The notes under the pieces are model-generated. The model was not told the DNA's origin and ran no database searches. It was given only the letters and a program-made list of their open reading frames with translations. Made by a program: the position numbers and the translations under genes. A stretch of DNA of 62,542 nucleotides, the filler included, from Chiloscyllium plagiosum (Eukaryota), in the NCBI RefSeq assembly GCF_004010195.1. It is 4 parts of one record of this genome, joined end to end, with 100 filler letters (N's around TTAATTAATTAA, not from the genome) between each part and the next. Parts side by side here need not be neighbours in the genome. Positions count along the whole stretch, not along the records: positions 26,546 to 58,317 come from NC_057711.1; 3 more parts are not named here. The stretch is one strand, 5' to 3'. Shown one piece after another: positions 37,764-51,091 of the stretch (position 1 is its first letter; every line of letters begins with the position of its first letter).

Positions 37764-38347
37764 GGCTGTACAGGACATTGGTTAGGCCACTGTTGGAATA
37801 CTGTGTGCAATTCTGGTCTTCTCCTTCCTATCGGAAAGATGTTGTGAAACTTGAAAGGATTCAGAAAAGGTTTACAAGGATGTTGCCAGGGTTGGAGGAT
37901 CTGAGCTACAGGGAGAGGCTGAACAGGCTGGGGCTGTTTTCCCTGGAGCGTCGGAGGCTGAGGGGTGACCTTATAGAGGTTTACAAAATTATGAGGGGCA
38001 TGGATAGTATAAATAGACAAAGTCTTTTCCCTGGGGTCTGGGAGTCCAGAACTAGAGGGCATAAGTTTAGGATGAGAAGGAAAAGATATAAAAGAGACCT
38101 AAGGGGCAACATTTTCATGCAGGGAGTGGTATGTGTATGGAATGAGCTGCCAGAGGATGTGGTGGAGGCTGGTACAATTGCAACATTTTAGAGGCATTTG
38201 GATGGGTATATGAATAGGAAGGTTTTGAAGGGATATGGGTCGGGTGCTGGCAGGTGGGACTAGATTAGGTAGGGATATCTGGTTGACATGAACGGGTTGG
38301 ACCAAAGGGTCTGTTTCCATGCTGTACATCTCTATGACTCTATGACT
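37764..38347 (+). mobile_element. CR1/HER1 3' fragment (right arm of inverted pair)
   Basis: ORF 37778-38191 VRPLLEYCVQFW..LERRRLRGDLIEVYK; (CTATGACT)n tail. Confidence 0.93.
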
Positions 38348-40754
38348 GTAAGAGTCATATCAACTTGAAACATTAATTTTCTTTCTCCTGACAGATTCTG
38401 CAAGTCCTGCTGAGTTTCTATAACAACTTGCTTTTTTCAGTTAAGGATAAGCTTTGAGATTAGTTTAAGAAAATAATGTAAATTCTACATTAAACGGAAA
38501 TGTCTTTGAAATAAACAAACAAAGTAGCAAAATACTTGAGAGTTTTGGTGGATAGAGCATTAAAACCAAGAATGCTTACAGCCAGTGGAAAAACAAAATT
38601 TAAAAATAGCATGAACAGCTAAGGCTGTGACTTCTAAGCTAATGAGAAATACTGGCCCTTACCATGGGAGCAAACCGAGGTTTTACTTTAACAATCGTGC
38701 GTAATTTATATTTCCAGGGATATTCATTGCAATTTTCCATCATCCAGCAATGAGCTCATGTAACAGTTGGGAAAGGTAAAGTTGCACAACCTAGTGCAGA
38801 ATGGGTCTTAAGTCATTTTTCATCATTTTAATTGTTTGATGGAATTTGATCAGTACATAAGGTGATTATATTCTGCTTATAAGTCAATAAAAACAGCCAA
38901 TGTATGAAAAAAGTAACTCTGACATAGACAAAGAAACAACCAAAAGATTTTCCTTCAGTTCTGACAGAATTTCTAATGTAAGTATAAATATTTATATATA
39001 TTTTTTAGAAACTTAGGAATTTTTAAGAAGTTGCATGGAATCCATTTTGAAGGCAATGATAGAAAATATTAGATCTCCAGGCAGGTATGAATTCCCCACG
39101 TTCACTGGAGAAATGTGGCGACAGTGAGTGCTACATTGTTTGCAGATTTGTGAAGTCCTATTCCGATGGTTCTCTTCTGACATTATGCTAATCAATAAGT
39201 TAAACAGTGCTTTATTCATTCTCAGTTCAGTCAAAGACGGATCCTGTTCCCACTATGCTGGTATATCTCCTTTCCTGCGAAGTGATCATATAGAGGGGAT
39301 GTCTCTTGAACTTTTTTCTGAGACACTATTTATAACAGAAAGATGACACGGTTAAAAACATTGACTTGGGCAATATGTTGCTTCTTGTATTTAAAGTATT
39401 TTAAAATATGCATTTTGTGAGGTCCCATTAAACAGGCAGAGCCTCAAAAGTCAGGATCTGTAAATAGGAAGCCCAAATTATTGCTGTTTAAAAAGACAGG
39501 ATGTAATTTGTAAACAAATAAGGCCATACTCATGTGTACAAACTTCATTAAACATCAAAAAAAACTTTTGCTTTCCAAATGTTGAGAGTTTGCATGAGGT
39601 TCCACTTTCAGCTTGGGTTTCACTCGTTAAGAAATAATCGAACTTCTGATCCTATAACTCATAGACAATTTAAAAGGAGAAGGTAAGTTTTATTAAGAAA
39701 TTGTTCTTTTTACATTTAATGTTCATTTTGTTGTATTTTGCTTCATACTTTAACTGAGTCATCCTCCATTTTCCCGATTTTTATTGTTTTCTTTCTTTAC
39801 ATTTTTAAAGAAAGAACTTGAATTTGTAACACATTTAATGTCATAAAAATTCCCTCACACACTTCAAAGCAATGAATTTAAATCCCTGATATTTTATAGA
39901 CAAATATTAGCAATTTGCATTCAGCAGAGTCCCACAGATAGGAATGAGACAATCAGATCTTGTTGCAATGGCTGTTGAATAAATACATGATTGTGTAAAA
40001 CCATGGGCTTTGTTGTGGCATTATAGAAAAGGTGAGGAGATGGGTTTGGAACAGGCTACATCATTGTGATGAGAGGACAAGAAAATCAGGTGTAATGGCC
40101 CATAAAGTGTCTCGATCATCCTCTTCAATTCTATGGGGTCTGTACATGGGCATAGCTCTTTTCTTCATCATTAATGCTTCATCTGCATGTTGACCAGCAC
40201 CCAACATCTGGATTAAGACAAGCTGTTCTTATACAAATAAAGGTTTTTCCATTGTAAATCCTCACGCTATTGCATTTTTCAAACCACCCGACAAGACATC
40301 CTGTCACATCAGAAATATGTGGTCCATAATCATTATCTAGAAGTTATAACCACTATGATTCTATGACCCTCCCTGTTTCCTCTTCAAAAGAACTCCAGCA
40401 AGTTAGTTAAACATGATCTCCCCTAATCAGCTCTCCTTTTTCCATGTGAAAACTAGTTCTATCCTGAATTATTGATGCTAATCTCCCCAGTGCAGATAGC
40501 AATTGCGCTTTTAACTCAATTGTAACTATGACTACTTTACAATGATGTGACTCCAGAAGCAGAGACTCCAATTTACAACATCAAAGTGAGCAGCATATTT
40601 CAGGAACACTGTTATGAACAATGAGCTAATTTCTCTGTCATCATCAACACAGCTTCTCACTTTCGTAGCAAGCTATAGTATCATGGAATAATTCACCTCT
40701 GAATCAGGCCATTTGATCAATCATGCCATCCAATTAACCCTGCACTCTTTCAGC

Positions 40755-40850
40755 GATGTCTGATGAAGAGCTTATGCTCGAAACATCGATTCTCCTGCTC
40801 CTTGGATGCTGCCTGACCAGCTATGCTTTTCCAGTACCACACTTTTTGAC
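40755..40850 (+). mobile_element. PLE family B terminus with hammerhead motif (40760-40787)
   Basis: CTGATGA-A-GAGC-TTAT-GCTC-GAAAC-ATC. Confidence 0.75.
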
Positions 40851-42477
40851 CCTTCCTCCACTGCTGGCAATGAAGAATAATAATGGTCCTTTCATTTGTG
40901 CTTGCAAAAGTAAATGAACATGTCCAAACCTTCACCTTCTTTCTGTTCACAATGTGACAGGTTAGAGTTTAATTATAACATGTCCGAAATGAGATATAAC
41001 ATGAATCTAAAAGGACCTTTCTGATTGTGCCTCTGCAATTCATTACAAATTAATGCAAAGGAAGGGATAGCTATTGTATCTGTTTCCTGTATGCTAGTCA
41101 ATTGGAAATTTGATTTCTAATTTATCAAAGAGAACTCACTAGTGAGGAGCAAAAAGCTACACAAAATCAAACATGAAACTGCTAGATGATGCTGAAAACA
41201 CATAAGGTGAGATATCTAATAAGTGAGTGTGACAGCAGGAAAGCACAGTCAATCTGTAGGCTGCTAGGTAACAGGAACTAAATTAGATGATTATAGCATT
41301 AGAGACGTATGGAAATTTGGGGTGACAGAAACCCCACTGTGCAGTGACTCATTTTAGTAGAGAGAGCCAGGAGTAGCAAAATAAACTTAAGCTTATGGTT
41401 ACAATTCCGAAAGAGGTGAAGGAGCAGAGAGACCTGGAGGTTTGTGAGTACAAATCATTTACGTGGCAAGGCAAGTTGAAAATAAAGCTGTTAATGAAGT
41501 ATACAGGATGCTGGGCTTTATAAACAGCAGTACAGAAGACAAAAGCAAAGGAAATTATGATAAAGCTGGATGAAATATTGATATGGCCACAACTAGAGAG
41601 GGCATGCTACACTTTAGGAAAGTCGGTAGAGAGATTGCAGAAAATAGAATAGTTCTAGAGAGTGAAGAATTCCATGAATGAGGCCATTCCCTTTGGAAAG
41701 AGAAAATTAACAGGAAATTTGATAGAAAATTAACAGGAAATTTGATAATGAGATGTCAGGACAGAGCTGATAGAGAGATATTGTTTCTCTCTAAGAATGG
41801 ATCAATGTTGTTGGTTTGAGGTGATTCATGAAGAAGGAACAGTGGCATGAAGAAATTGTCTTCATACATCACATGTTTATGACTTGGAATGTTCCACCTG
41901 AAAGTACGGTGAAGACAGATTCAACTGAAGAAAATTGGGAAGTGGGAATGAAATTGCATAGCTTCAGGAACAAAAATGGAGAATTGATCATTATTCATCC
42001 AGGGAGATAACTTGGACACAGTAGATCAAAAAACCTCCTATTGTGCTGCAACATTTCTACAATTCAACAGTACAATGCAAAGTCTGAGATTTTGTCAACA
42101 AATTCAAAAAGCTATCTTGGTATTTGGCAAGGAAAGTAGTTGGTAGGAGGGATGACAAGTGACAGAGTGGTGTTTGATATTTTCCAGATTTGGAACTGCA
42201 ATGTTCTTTCAAATTTAAAACATTTCTATTTTTGTCTGTGCAAAAGACTTTGCTCAGGACTGCTGGGACTGAAAACTTTAGCAGAATCCAACATTTATTG
42301 TTTTGGAGGCCATGATATAAATAATACTTGGGTGTTGAGGTAAAAGTTCTTAAATTACTCAATGAAAAAAAAGTAAATAAATCCATAGGTCACTGTATTT
42401 GGAATAATGATTATATAAATGCAATGTTTTGATTTCTGTGGAGAACTGTTAGAAAGAAGGGAACCAGTTAACCATAC

Positions 42478-43566
42478 AGTCATAGAGATGTACAGCATGG
42501 AAACAGACCCTTCGGTCCAACCCGTCCATGCCGACCAGATATCCCTACCTAATCTAGTCCCACCTGCCAGCACCTGGCCCATATCCCTTCAAACCCTTCC
42601 TATTCATATACCCATCCAAATGCCTCTTAAATGTTGCAATTGTACCAGCCTCCACCNNNNNNNNNNNNNNNNNNNNNNNNNNNNNNNNNNNNNNNNNNNN
42701 NNNNNNNNNNNNNNNNNNNNNNNNNNNNNNNNNNNNNNNNNNNNNNNNNNNNNNNNNNNNNNNNNNNNNNNNNNNNNNNNNNNNNNNNNNNNNNNNNNNN
42801 NNNNNNNNNNNNNNNNNNNNNNNNNNNNNNNNNNNNNNNNNNNNNNNNNNNNNNNNNNNNNNNNNNNNNNNNNNNNNNNNNNNNNNNNNNNNNNNNNNNN
42901 NNNNNNNNNNNNNNNNNNNNNNNNNNNNNNNNNNNNNNNNNNNNNNNNNNNNNNNNNNNNNNNNNNNNNNNNNNNNNNNNNNNNNNNNNNNNNNNNNNNN
43001 NNNNNNNNNNNNNNNNNNNNNNNNNNNNNNNNNNNNNNNNNNNNNNNNNNNNNNNNNNNNNNNNNNNNNNNNNNNNNNNNNNNNNNNNNNNNNNNNNNNN
43101 NNNNNNNNNNNNNNNNNNNNNNNNNNNNNNNNNNNNNNNNNNNNNNNNNNNNNNNNNNNNNNNNNNNNNNNNNNNNNNNNNNNNNNNNNNNNNNNNNNNN
43201 NTCCAGTCTGAAAAACAATCCTCCACCACCACCCTCTGTCTTCTATCTTTGAGCCAGTTCTGTATCCAAATGGCTAGTTCTCCCTGTATTCCATGAGATC
43301 TAAACTTGCTAATCAGTCTCCCATGGGGAACCTCATCAAGCGCCTTACTGAAGTTCATATAGATCACATTTACTGCTCTGCCCTCATCAATCTTCTTTGT
43401 TACTTCTTCTAAAAACTCAATCAAGTTTGTGAGACATGATTTCCCATGCACAAAGCCATGTTGACTATCCCGAATCAGTCCTTGCCTTTCCAAATACATG
43501 TACATCCTGTCCCTCAGGATTCCCTCCAACAACTTGCCCACCACCAAGGTCAGGCTCACCAGTCTA
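42478..43566 (-). mobile_element. CR1 RT-to-3' fragment spanning sized gap 42657-43201
   Basis: SQHGFVHGKSCLTNLIEF..KALDEVPHGRL on one side of the gap and a CR1 tail on the other. Confidence 0.9.
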
Positions 43567-44744
43567 TAGATAATAACCAGATAATAACTGCTCAAAAATG
43601 ACATGATTCTCAGAACAATTGAAAATTCTCAATTTAAGAGGTGAAATAATTGGTTTCAACTTTCCTTTTATGAGGAATGATTTTATTCCAAACCAATTTC
43701 TCCCTATAGGCATTGTGGGTCTACCTATGGCACTGCAGTGGTTAGAGAAGGCAGTTCACAATCACCTTCTCAAGGGGCAACTAGGAACGGGCAATAAATG
43801 CCCATGTCCCACACCCCACGAGTGAACAAATAACAGAAAAGAAACTGACTGGCTGGACCACTCGCAACAATTGAGGAAAATGAAAGACAAACAACAATTA
43901 ACATTTTTTGGATAAAAGAAAGGAGCATCAGAAAGGAAGACATAAAGCAGGTAGAAGACATCAGAAATCTCAGGGGAAACTTAATAACGAAAACAAAGCT
44001 GGAGTGGAAGAGTAAGCCAAATACCATGACGTATCAAATAGCTTATGGCTAACTAACCTCAGGCAGTCAACGAAACAGATGGTATGAGCAATTAAGTTTA
44101 ATCTACAGGCTGCAAAGCTAACAAAATGTTCATGTTCATCCTGATATACAAAAAGGAACCCCCAAATATGGCAAAATCTGGCTTGATAGTTGCATCCTAT
44201 TAGTACAACTTTTTAAATATTCGGATTAATAAGTTAAGAAGCCCCTGCATTGTAAGAGTAACAAAGCTTCCAAAGTACTTCAGTGCCTATGGAGTGCTTT
44301 GGGGAGTAGTGGAAAATATTTCATAAATCTCAGAACTCCACAAAATGTCCACATCTTCATAAAGAGATAACAAATGTGAATTTACCTCAGAAAATGCTTT
44401 TCTTTACATTTGACTTCTTGGAGAAAATGATATTGCCAAGTCTACAACTTGTTTTCTCTTTGGCAGAGATGTCACCAATCCATGTCCGGACACCCACATC
44501 ATGTTTCGCTGGTCATATGAACCAGTTTTAGAAAACAATGGACCACAGTCATACCCTGAAATATCACACTTTTTTCTTTGCATTTTTAACAATTCCTTGG
44601 GAATGTTACTTTTATCTCTGAAGATTTTTTTCTTAGTTTCCAACCCACAGATTTCAGCAAAAACTCTCTGCTACAATGTGTTACAAACAGTGAACTTTGC
44701 AAGATGAAACTGTCTCTAAAATGTAGCCTTACTTTGTTGAGTGT

Positions 44745-45660
44745 AAAGGGTTAGAAAAGGTTTTAAGACATAGGATTTATCGTCATTTCGATAGGAATAA
44801 GTTGATTAGGGATAGTCAGCATGGTTTTGTGAAGGGTAGGTCGTGCATCACAAACCTTATTGAATTCTTTGAGAAGGTGATCAAACAGGTAGATGAGGGT
44901 AATGCCGCTGATGTGTATGTGGACATCAGTAAGACGTTTGATAAGGTTCCCCACAGTAGGCTATTGCACAAATTACGGAGACATGGGATTGAGGTTGATT
45001 TGGCGGTTTGGATCAGAAATCGGCTAGCTGAAAGAAAACAGAGGGTGGTGGTTGATGGGAAATGTTCATCCTGGAGTTCATCCAGGATCTGTTTTGTGGC
45101 CACTGCTGTTTGTCACTTTTATAAATAACCTGAATGAGGGTGTAGAAGGATGGGTTAGTAAATTTGTGGATGACACTAAGGTAGGCAGAGTTGTGGATAG
45201 TGCTAAAGGATGTTGTAGGTTACAAAGGGACATAGATAAGCTGCAGAGCTGTGCTGAGAGGTGGCAAATGGAATTTAATGCAGAAAAGTGTGTGGTGATT
45301 CACTTTAGAAAGAGTAACAGGGTGAGAGTACTGGGCGAACAGTAAAATTCTTGGTAGTACAGATGAGCAGAGACATCTCCTTGTCCATGTACATAGATCC
45401 CTCAAAGTTGCCACCCAGGTTGATTGGGCTGTTAAGAAGGCATATGGTGTATTAGCTTTTATTAGTGGTGGGATCAGGTTTTGGAACCCTGAGGTCATGT
45501 TGCAGCTGTACAAAACTCTGGTGTGGCCGCACTTGGAGTATTGCATACAGTTCTGGTCACCGCCTTATAGGAAGGATGTGGAAGCTTTGGAAAGGGTTCA
45601 GAGGAAATTTGCTGGACTGTTGCCTGATATGATGGGAAAAGGTTGAGGGACTTGAGGCTG
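44745..45660 (+). mobile_element. CR1 RT fragment
   Basis: SQHGFVKGRSCITNLIEFF..FDKVPH..KFVDDTK. Confidence 0.92.
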
Positions 45661-45684
45661 AATTCGTTAGAGATAAGAGAGAAG

Positions 45685-46455
45685 GTGTATATGTCCTGCT
45701 AAGATTTGCTTTCCCAAAATGCAGCACCTCGCACTTATCTGAATTAAACTCCATCTGCCACTTCTCAACCCATTGGCCCATCTGGTCCAGATCCTGTTGT
45801 AATCTGAGGTAACCCTCTCTTTGCTGTCCACTACACCTCCAATTTTGGTGTCATCTGCAAACTTACTAACTATACCTCTTATGCTCACATCCAAATCATT
45901 TATGTAAATGACAAAAAGTAGAGGACCCAGCACCGATCCTTGTGGCACTTCACTGGTCACAGTCCTCCAGCCTGAAAAATAACCCCCCACCACCACCCTC
46001 TGTCTTCTACCTTTGTGCCTGTTCTGAAGCCAAATGGCTAGTTCTCCTTTTATTCCATGAGATCTAACCTTGCTAATCAGTCTCCCATGGGGAACCTTGT
46101 CAAACGCCTTACTGAAGCCCATACAGATCACATCTATTGCTCTGCCCTCATCAATCTTCTTTATTACTTCTTCTAAAAACTCAATCAAGTTTGTGAGACA
46201 TGATTTCCCACGCACAAAGCCATGTTGACTATCCCTAATCAGTCCTTGCCTTTCCAAATACATGTACATCCTGTCCCTCAGGATTCCCTCCAACAACTTG
46301 CCAACACTGAGGTTAGGCTCACCGGTCTATAGTTCCCTGGCTTGTCTTTACCGCCCTTCTTAAACCGTGGCAGCATTTTTGCCAACTTCCAGTCTTCCGG
46401 CACCTCACCTGTGACTATCAATGATACAAGTGTCTCAGCAAGAGGCCCAGCAATC
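45685..46455 (-). mobile_element. CR1 RT fragment
   Basis: [35 protein letters not shown]. Confidence 0.93.
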
Positions 46456-46489
46456 ATGCCGCAACATGACCTCCCAACTCCCATACTCT

Positions 46490-47165
46490 CAAGGGAGTGT
46501 TGCTGAACAAAGAGACCTTGGAATGCAGGTTCGTAGCTCCTTGAAAGTGGAGTCACAGGTAGACAGGATAGTGAAAATGGTGTTTGGTATGCTCTCCTTT
46601 ATTGGTCAGAGCATTGGGTATAGCGGTTGGGAGGTCATGTTGTGGCTGTACAGGACATTGGTTAGGCCACTTTTGGAATATTACATGCAATTCTGCTTTC
46701 CTTCCTATTGGAAGGATGTTGTGAAACTGGAAAGGGTTCAGAAAAGATTGACAAGGATGTCCATGCTGTACATCTCTATGACTCTATGACTCTAAGGTTG
46801 AGAGGTGACTTAATTGAAACATATAAGATAATCAGAGGGTTAGATAGGGTTGACAGTGAGAGCCTTTTTTCTCTAATGGTGATGGCTAGCACAAGGAGAC
46901 ATAACTTTAAATTGAGGGGTAATAGATATAGGACAGATGTCAAAGGTAGTTTCTTTCCTCAGAGATTAGTAGGGACATGGAACGCACCGCCTGCAATAGT
47001 AGTAGACTCACCAACTTCACGGACATTTAAATGGTTATTGGATTGGCATTTGGATGAGAATGGAATAGTGTAGGTTAGATGGGCTTCAGATTGGTTTCAC
47101 AGGTCAGTGCAACATTGAGGGCCGAAGGGCCTGTAGTGTGCTGTAATGTTCTATGTTCTATGTTC
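46490..47165 (+). mobile_element. Two CR1 3' fragments
   Basis: ORFs 46421-46789 and 46708-47073; (CTATGTT)n tail. Confidence 0.88.
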
Positions 47166-47518
47166 AAAAATACATCTTTAATGCAAAGTGAAACAGATAG
47201 TTCTAAAAATTGGAAAGAGCCAGTGAATTCCTGGCATTGATCTCAGTTTGGAGAACAAATGGATTAGGAGCAGGAACAGACCATATTGTCCTTAAGCCTG
47301 TTCTGTCATTCAATAAGATCATGACTGATCTGTTTTTAGGTCTCAACTCCACTTTCCTGTATTTCTCCATAACGTTTAACTCTCTTGTTGAGCAAAAATC
47401 TATTTGACTTTGCCTTGAATATATGCAATGACCTCCAGCCATCTGATTTTCTTTGTCCATGTTCAGAAAGGAATCTTCATGAGCTATATCTCTCTTTGTG
47501 CGTTCTATGGAAACATGT

Positions 47519-47830
47519 GGGTGGCACGGTGGCACAGTGGTTAGCACTGCTGCCTCACAGCGCCAGAGACCCGGGTTCAATTCCCGCCTCAGGCGACTGA
47601 CTGTGTGGAGTTTGCACATTCTCCCCGTGTTTGCGTGGGTTTCCTCCGGGTGCGGAGGTTTCCTCCCACAGTCCAAAGATGTGCAGGTCAGGTGAATTGG
47701 CCAAGCTAAATTGTCCCTAGTGTTAGGTAAGGGGTAAATGTAGGGGTATGGGTGGTTTGCACTTCAGCGGGTTGGTGTGGACTTGTTAGGCAGAAGGGCT
47801 TGTTTCCACACTGCAAAGTAATCTAATCTA
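47519..47830 (+). mobile_element. HE1-type V-SINE
   Basis: Full head, V-domain and (AATCT)n tail. Confidence 0.9.
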
Positions 47831-48085
47831 AATGTTCCCCTTGTATTACAGCTACCTGATGCTCCCTTGCTGAAGATTACTTAGACATTCCTATTGCGGC
47901 AATTGGTTTCCCACTAAACTTCCAACAACTAACTTTGGAATGTCCAGTTTTATTATAATGGAAACATGTTCTTTCTATCATTTCTTCATTCCAGCCTTTC
48001 TCCTTCATAATTCTGGTGCCCTTCTGTCTGTTCTAATCAACTAGTACCTCTTCCATCCACAGATTTTGTATTCCTCCAGTTTCCA

Positions 48086-48362
48086 TGTGGCTGTGTGGTT
48101 AGCACTGCTGCCTCACAGCTCCAGGGACGGTGGTTTGATTTCATCCACAGGTGACGGCCTGTGTGGAATTTACACATTTACACAACCCACCTGCTTCCTC
48201 CCACAGTCCAACAATGTGCAGGCTAGGTGGATTAGCCATGGAAAATGCAGGACTACAAGAGTAGGGTACAGTAGAGGGTGGATCTGGGTAGACTGCTCTT
48301 CAGAGGTTTGGTATGGACTCAATAGGCTGAGTGGCCTGCTTCCACATGATAGGGATTCTATA
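48086..48362 (+). mobile_element. HE1-type SINE, degraded
   Basis: GGTTAGCACTGCTGCCTCACAGC head. Confidence 0.75.
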
Positions 48363-48564
48363 ATTTCCAGAACACCATTTCCCTGCCTGTAACTGTGCAA
48401 TATCTTAGACATCTACTAGAACCACTACTTCTTTGATCTTGAATATTTAGTCCTCATGTAAATAAGTCTTTAAGTTTTCTGGAATGCTATTTCTGAATTC
48501 TTCCATGATCATATTTTACTTTATATTCTCAGTTTTGTTTCTGTGGCTTAAGTGTTGTAAGATA

Positions 48565-49448
48565 TTGATCCCACACAATAACTGAACTTCACTTCCTTAG
48601 CTGCCTTGGAAGAATCTATACTCACACAGCCAGAGAATTATTTCAGGCCTTTGGATTACTCGGGATAAGCACAAACCCCTAATGCCCTCGTATGCAAAAT
48701 GAAAAGGTGCTGCAAATCACAGTAATCTTCAAGAGCACATGTTCAAACAGTACATTTGGTATTAAAAGCAAATTTGATCTCTTTCATCCACCCATGTGAA
48801 ACTGATAACATGAAGTAAAAACAAAATCAGTTCAAAATGGATTAGTATTCCTGCGTAATGTAGGTTTAGCTAACATCGCTACATAAACTGAAATGCAATC
48901 TCTGTCCCATTTTATGTGTTGATTTTTATTATTTGGTGATGAATTTGTATTTTTTTAAAACAACAAAGAACAGTAGGTGTTGGAAATATGAAACACAAAC
49001 AGGAATTGCCGGAGGAACTCAGTCGGTCTGAGGAAGGGCCTCTGGACCTGAAACATTAACTCTGCTTTCTGTCTCCACAGATGCTGCCACACTGCTAGGT
49101 TTCTCCAGCATTTCTGTTTTTATATTTTTTTTAATATGTATTTGTTCAGGGGATCTGTGGCTAGGGCAGAATTTATTGTCCTTGAAAAGTTAAGGGCTAA
49201 CTACCTTCTTGACGACAATTGTCCAATTACTGTGATTTGCAGCACCTTTTCATTTTGCATATGAGGGCATTAGGGGTTTGTGCGTATCCCGAGTAATCCA
49301 AAGGCCTGAAATAATTCTCTGGCTGTGTGAGTATAGATTCTTCCAAGGCAGCTAAGGAAGTGAAGTTCAGTTATTGTGTGGGATCAAGCAGAATTTATTG
49401 TCCTTGAAAAGTTAGGGGCTAACTACCTTCTTGACCACAATTGTCCAA
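48565..49448. repeat. 162-bp inverted repeat (48565-48726 and 49226-49387) with 61-bp flanking direct repeat (49166-49226 and 49388-49448)
   Basis: Alignment by eye; about 2 mismatches in each pair. Confidence 0.93.
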
Positions 49449-49636
49449 GTGCCGTAGGTATTCCCAGTGTGGTTAGGAAGGAGCTCCACGATATTGACCC
49501 AGCAGCAATGAAGGAACGGTTACATAGGTCCAACTTAGGATGGTAGATGGCTTGAAGGGGAGTCTAGAAGTTGTTATGTACCCATACATTTTCTGTGCTT
49601 GTCCTTTAAAGTGGTAGAGCCGCATGTTTTCTTTTT

Positions 49637-49940
49637 ATAGAATCCCTACAGTATGGAAACAGGCCATTTGGCCCAACAAATCCGCACCGACCTTCTGAAG
49701 AGTACCCCACCCAGACACATTCTCCTACATTTCCCCTGACTAATGCGTGTAACCAACACATCCCTGGATACCATGGGCAATTTAGCATGCACATCTTTGG
49801 ACTGTGAAAGGAGACCGGAGCACTCAGAGGAAACCAGTGCAGAAATAGGGAGAATATGCAAACTCCACACAGATAGTCACCCGAGGCTAGAACTGAACCT
49901 GATGCTGTGAGGCAGCAATGCTAACCACTGAGCCACCATA
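49637..49940 (-). mobile_element. HE1-type SINE
   Basis: Reverse complement of HE1, nested in an L2-like fragment. Confidence 0.85.
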
Positions 49941-50314
49941 CCAGGTAGGTGCTGTGGAAGAAGCCTTGGAGAGATGATGTAGTGCATTTTATGGATGTGA
50001 TAATGCACTCTGATCCTAGTTTCCCACAAGGTGAAACAACCTCTCAGCATCTACACTTCAGGAATCTTATGTTTCAATCAGGCCCTTCCTAGAATCCTCT
50101 TTCCTCATTGGGATATATCTCTATTGCAAGCCGTACAATGTTTTTTTTAAAATGTCTGTCATCATTCCTGGAATATTTTTTCTGCTAAACTCCTTTAAAA
50201 ATCTATTCTACCCAACACAGTTCTCATTCCTTTATGACTACACATCTGTAAGCTTAGCATATTTGTTTATCACATTCAACTGTGCATTGATGATGGATGT
50301 AGTAAATGATTAAG

Positions 50315-50532
50315 GTCATAGAGTCATAGAGATGTACAGCATGGAAACAAACCCTTCAGTCCAACCAATCCATGCCGACCAGATATCCCAACCCAATCTA
50401 GTCCCACCTGCCAGCACCCGGCCCATATCCCTCCAAACCATTCCTATTCATATACCCATCCAACTGCCTCTTAAATGTTGAATTGTACCAGCCTGCGCTG
50501 CTTCCTCTAGCAGCTCATTCCATACACGTACC
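50315..50532 (-). mobile_element. CR1 3' end
   Basis: Same tail as 37051 and 42478. Confidence 0.85.
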
Positions 50533-50986
50533 AGATGGATGGCAAGCCAATTAATGCTTGCCATCCAATGGTGTCAAACTTCTCGTGTATTGTTGGAGCC
50601 GCACTCATCCAAGTGAAGGGAAAGTATTCCATCACAATCCTCAATTGTACCTTGTAGTTGGTGGATCGGCATTGAGGAATCAAGAGTTGAGTTATGTGCC
50701 ACAGAAAAATCCTAGCCTCTGACTTGCTCTTGGAGCTACAGTATTGGTGTGGCATTAATGTAAATTTATCACAGTTTTAGCTTATTTCACAATTCAATGC
50801 TAAGTACAGTAGAATTTAAAGTAAGCAAGAAATAAGCATGCAAGATCAAACACAAAGTGTTTTTGAAAATATGCTTCCACACTCATTTACTAACTTTGAT
50901 AGAGATATAAATTTTGTTACATGTTTTATATAATGAAAATTATTGAGAATTAATCATTCGCTTTAACATTATCTGAAGTGATTTAC

Positions 50987-51091
50987 CTCCTTCTCTAGTG
51001 TTCTTACTTTTTCCTTTGCTTCTTGAAGTTCACTTTCTACTTCAGATGAATCTGAAATTGAACCAATCTGTGTGAAGTTTACATCTTGTAT
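50987..51091 (-). CDS. Candidate coding exon of an unidentified coiled-coil protein
   Basis: tttttttttag|ATA...GAG|gtaaat, 105 bp, phase 0-0; IQDVNFTQIGSISDSSEVESELQEAKEKVRTLEKE has heptad E/K/L character; lies in non-repeat sequence. Confidence 0.55.

Noticed and set aside
41701..41746. Exact 2 x 23-bp duplication
   Set aside because: Ordinary slippage within an old CR1 relic
42419..43604. Long ORFs spanning N-runs (also 56349-57132)
   Set aside because: Artefacts of translating Ns; the flanks are CR1
44387..44670. Minus-strand ORF 44404-44643 with nearby AG/GT sites
   Set aside because: All three frames are closed between the candidate splice sites; no recognisable product
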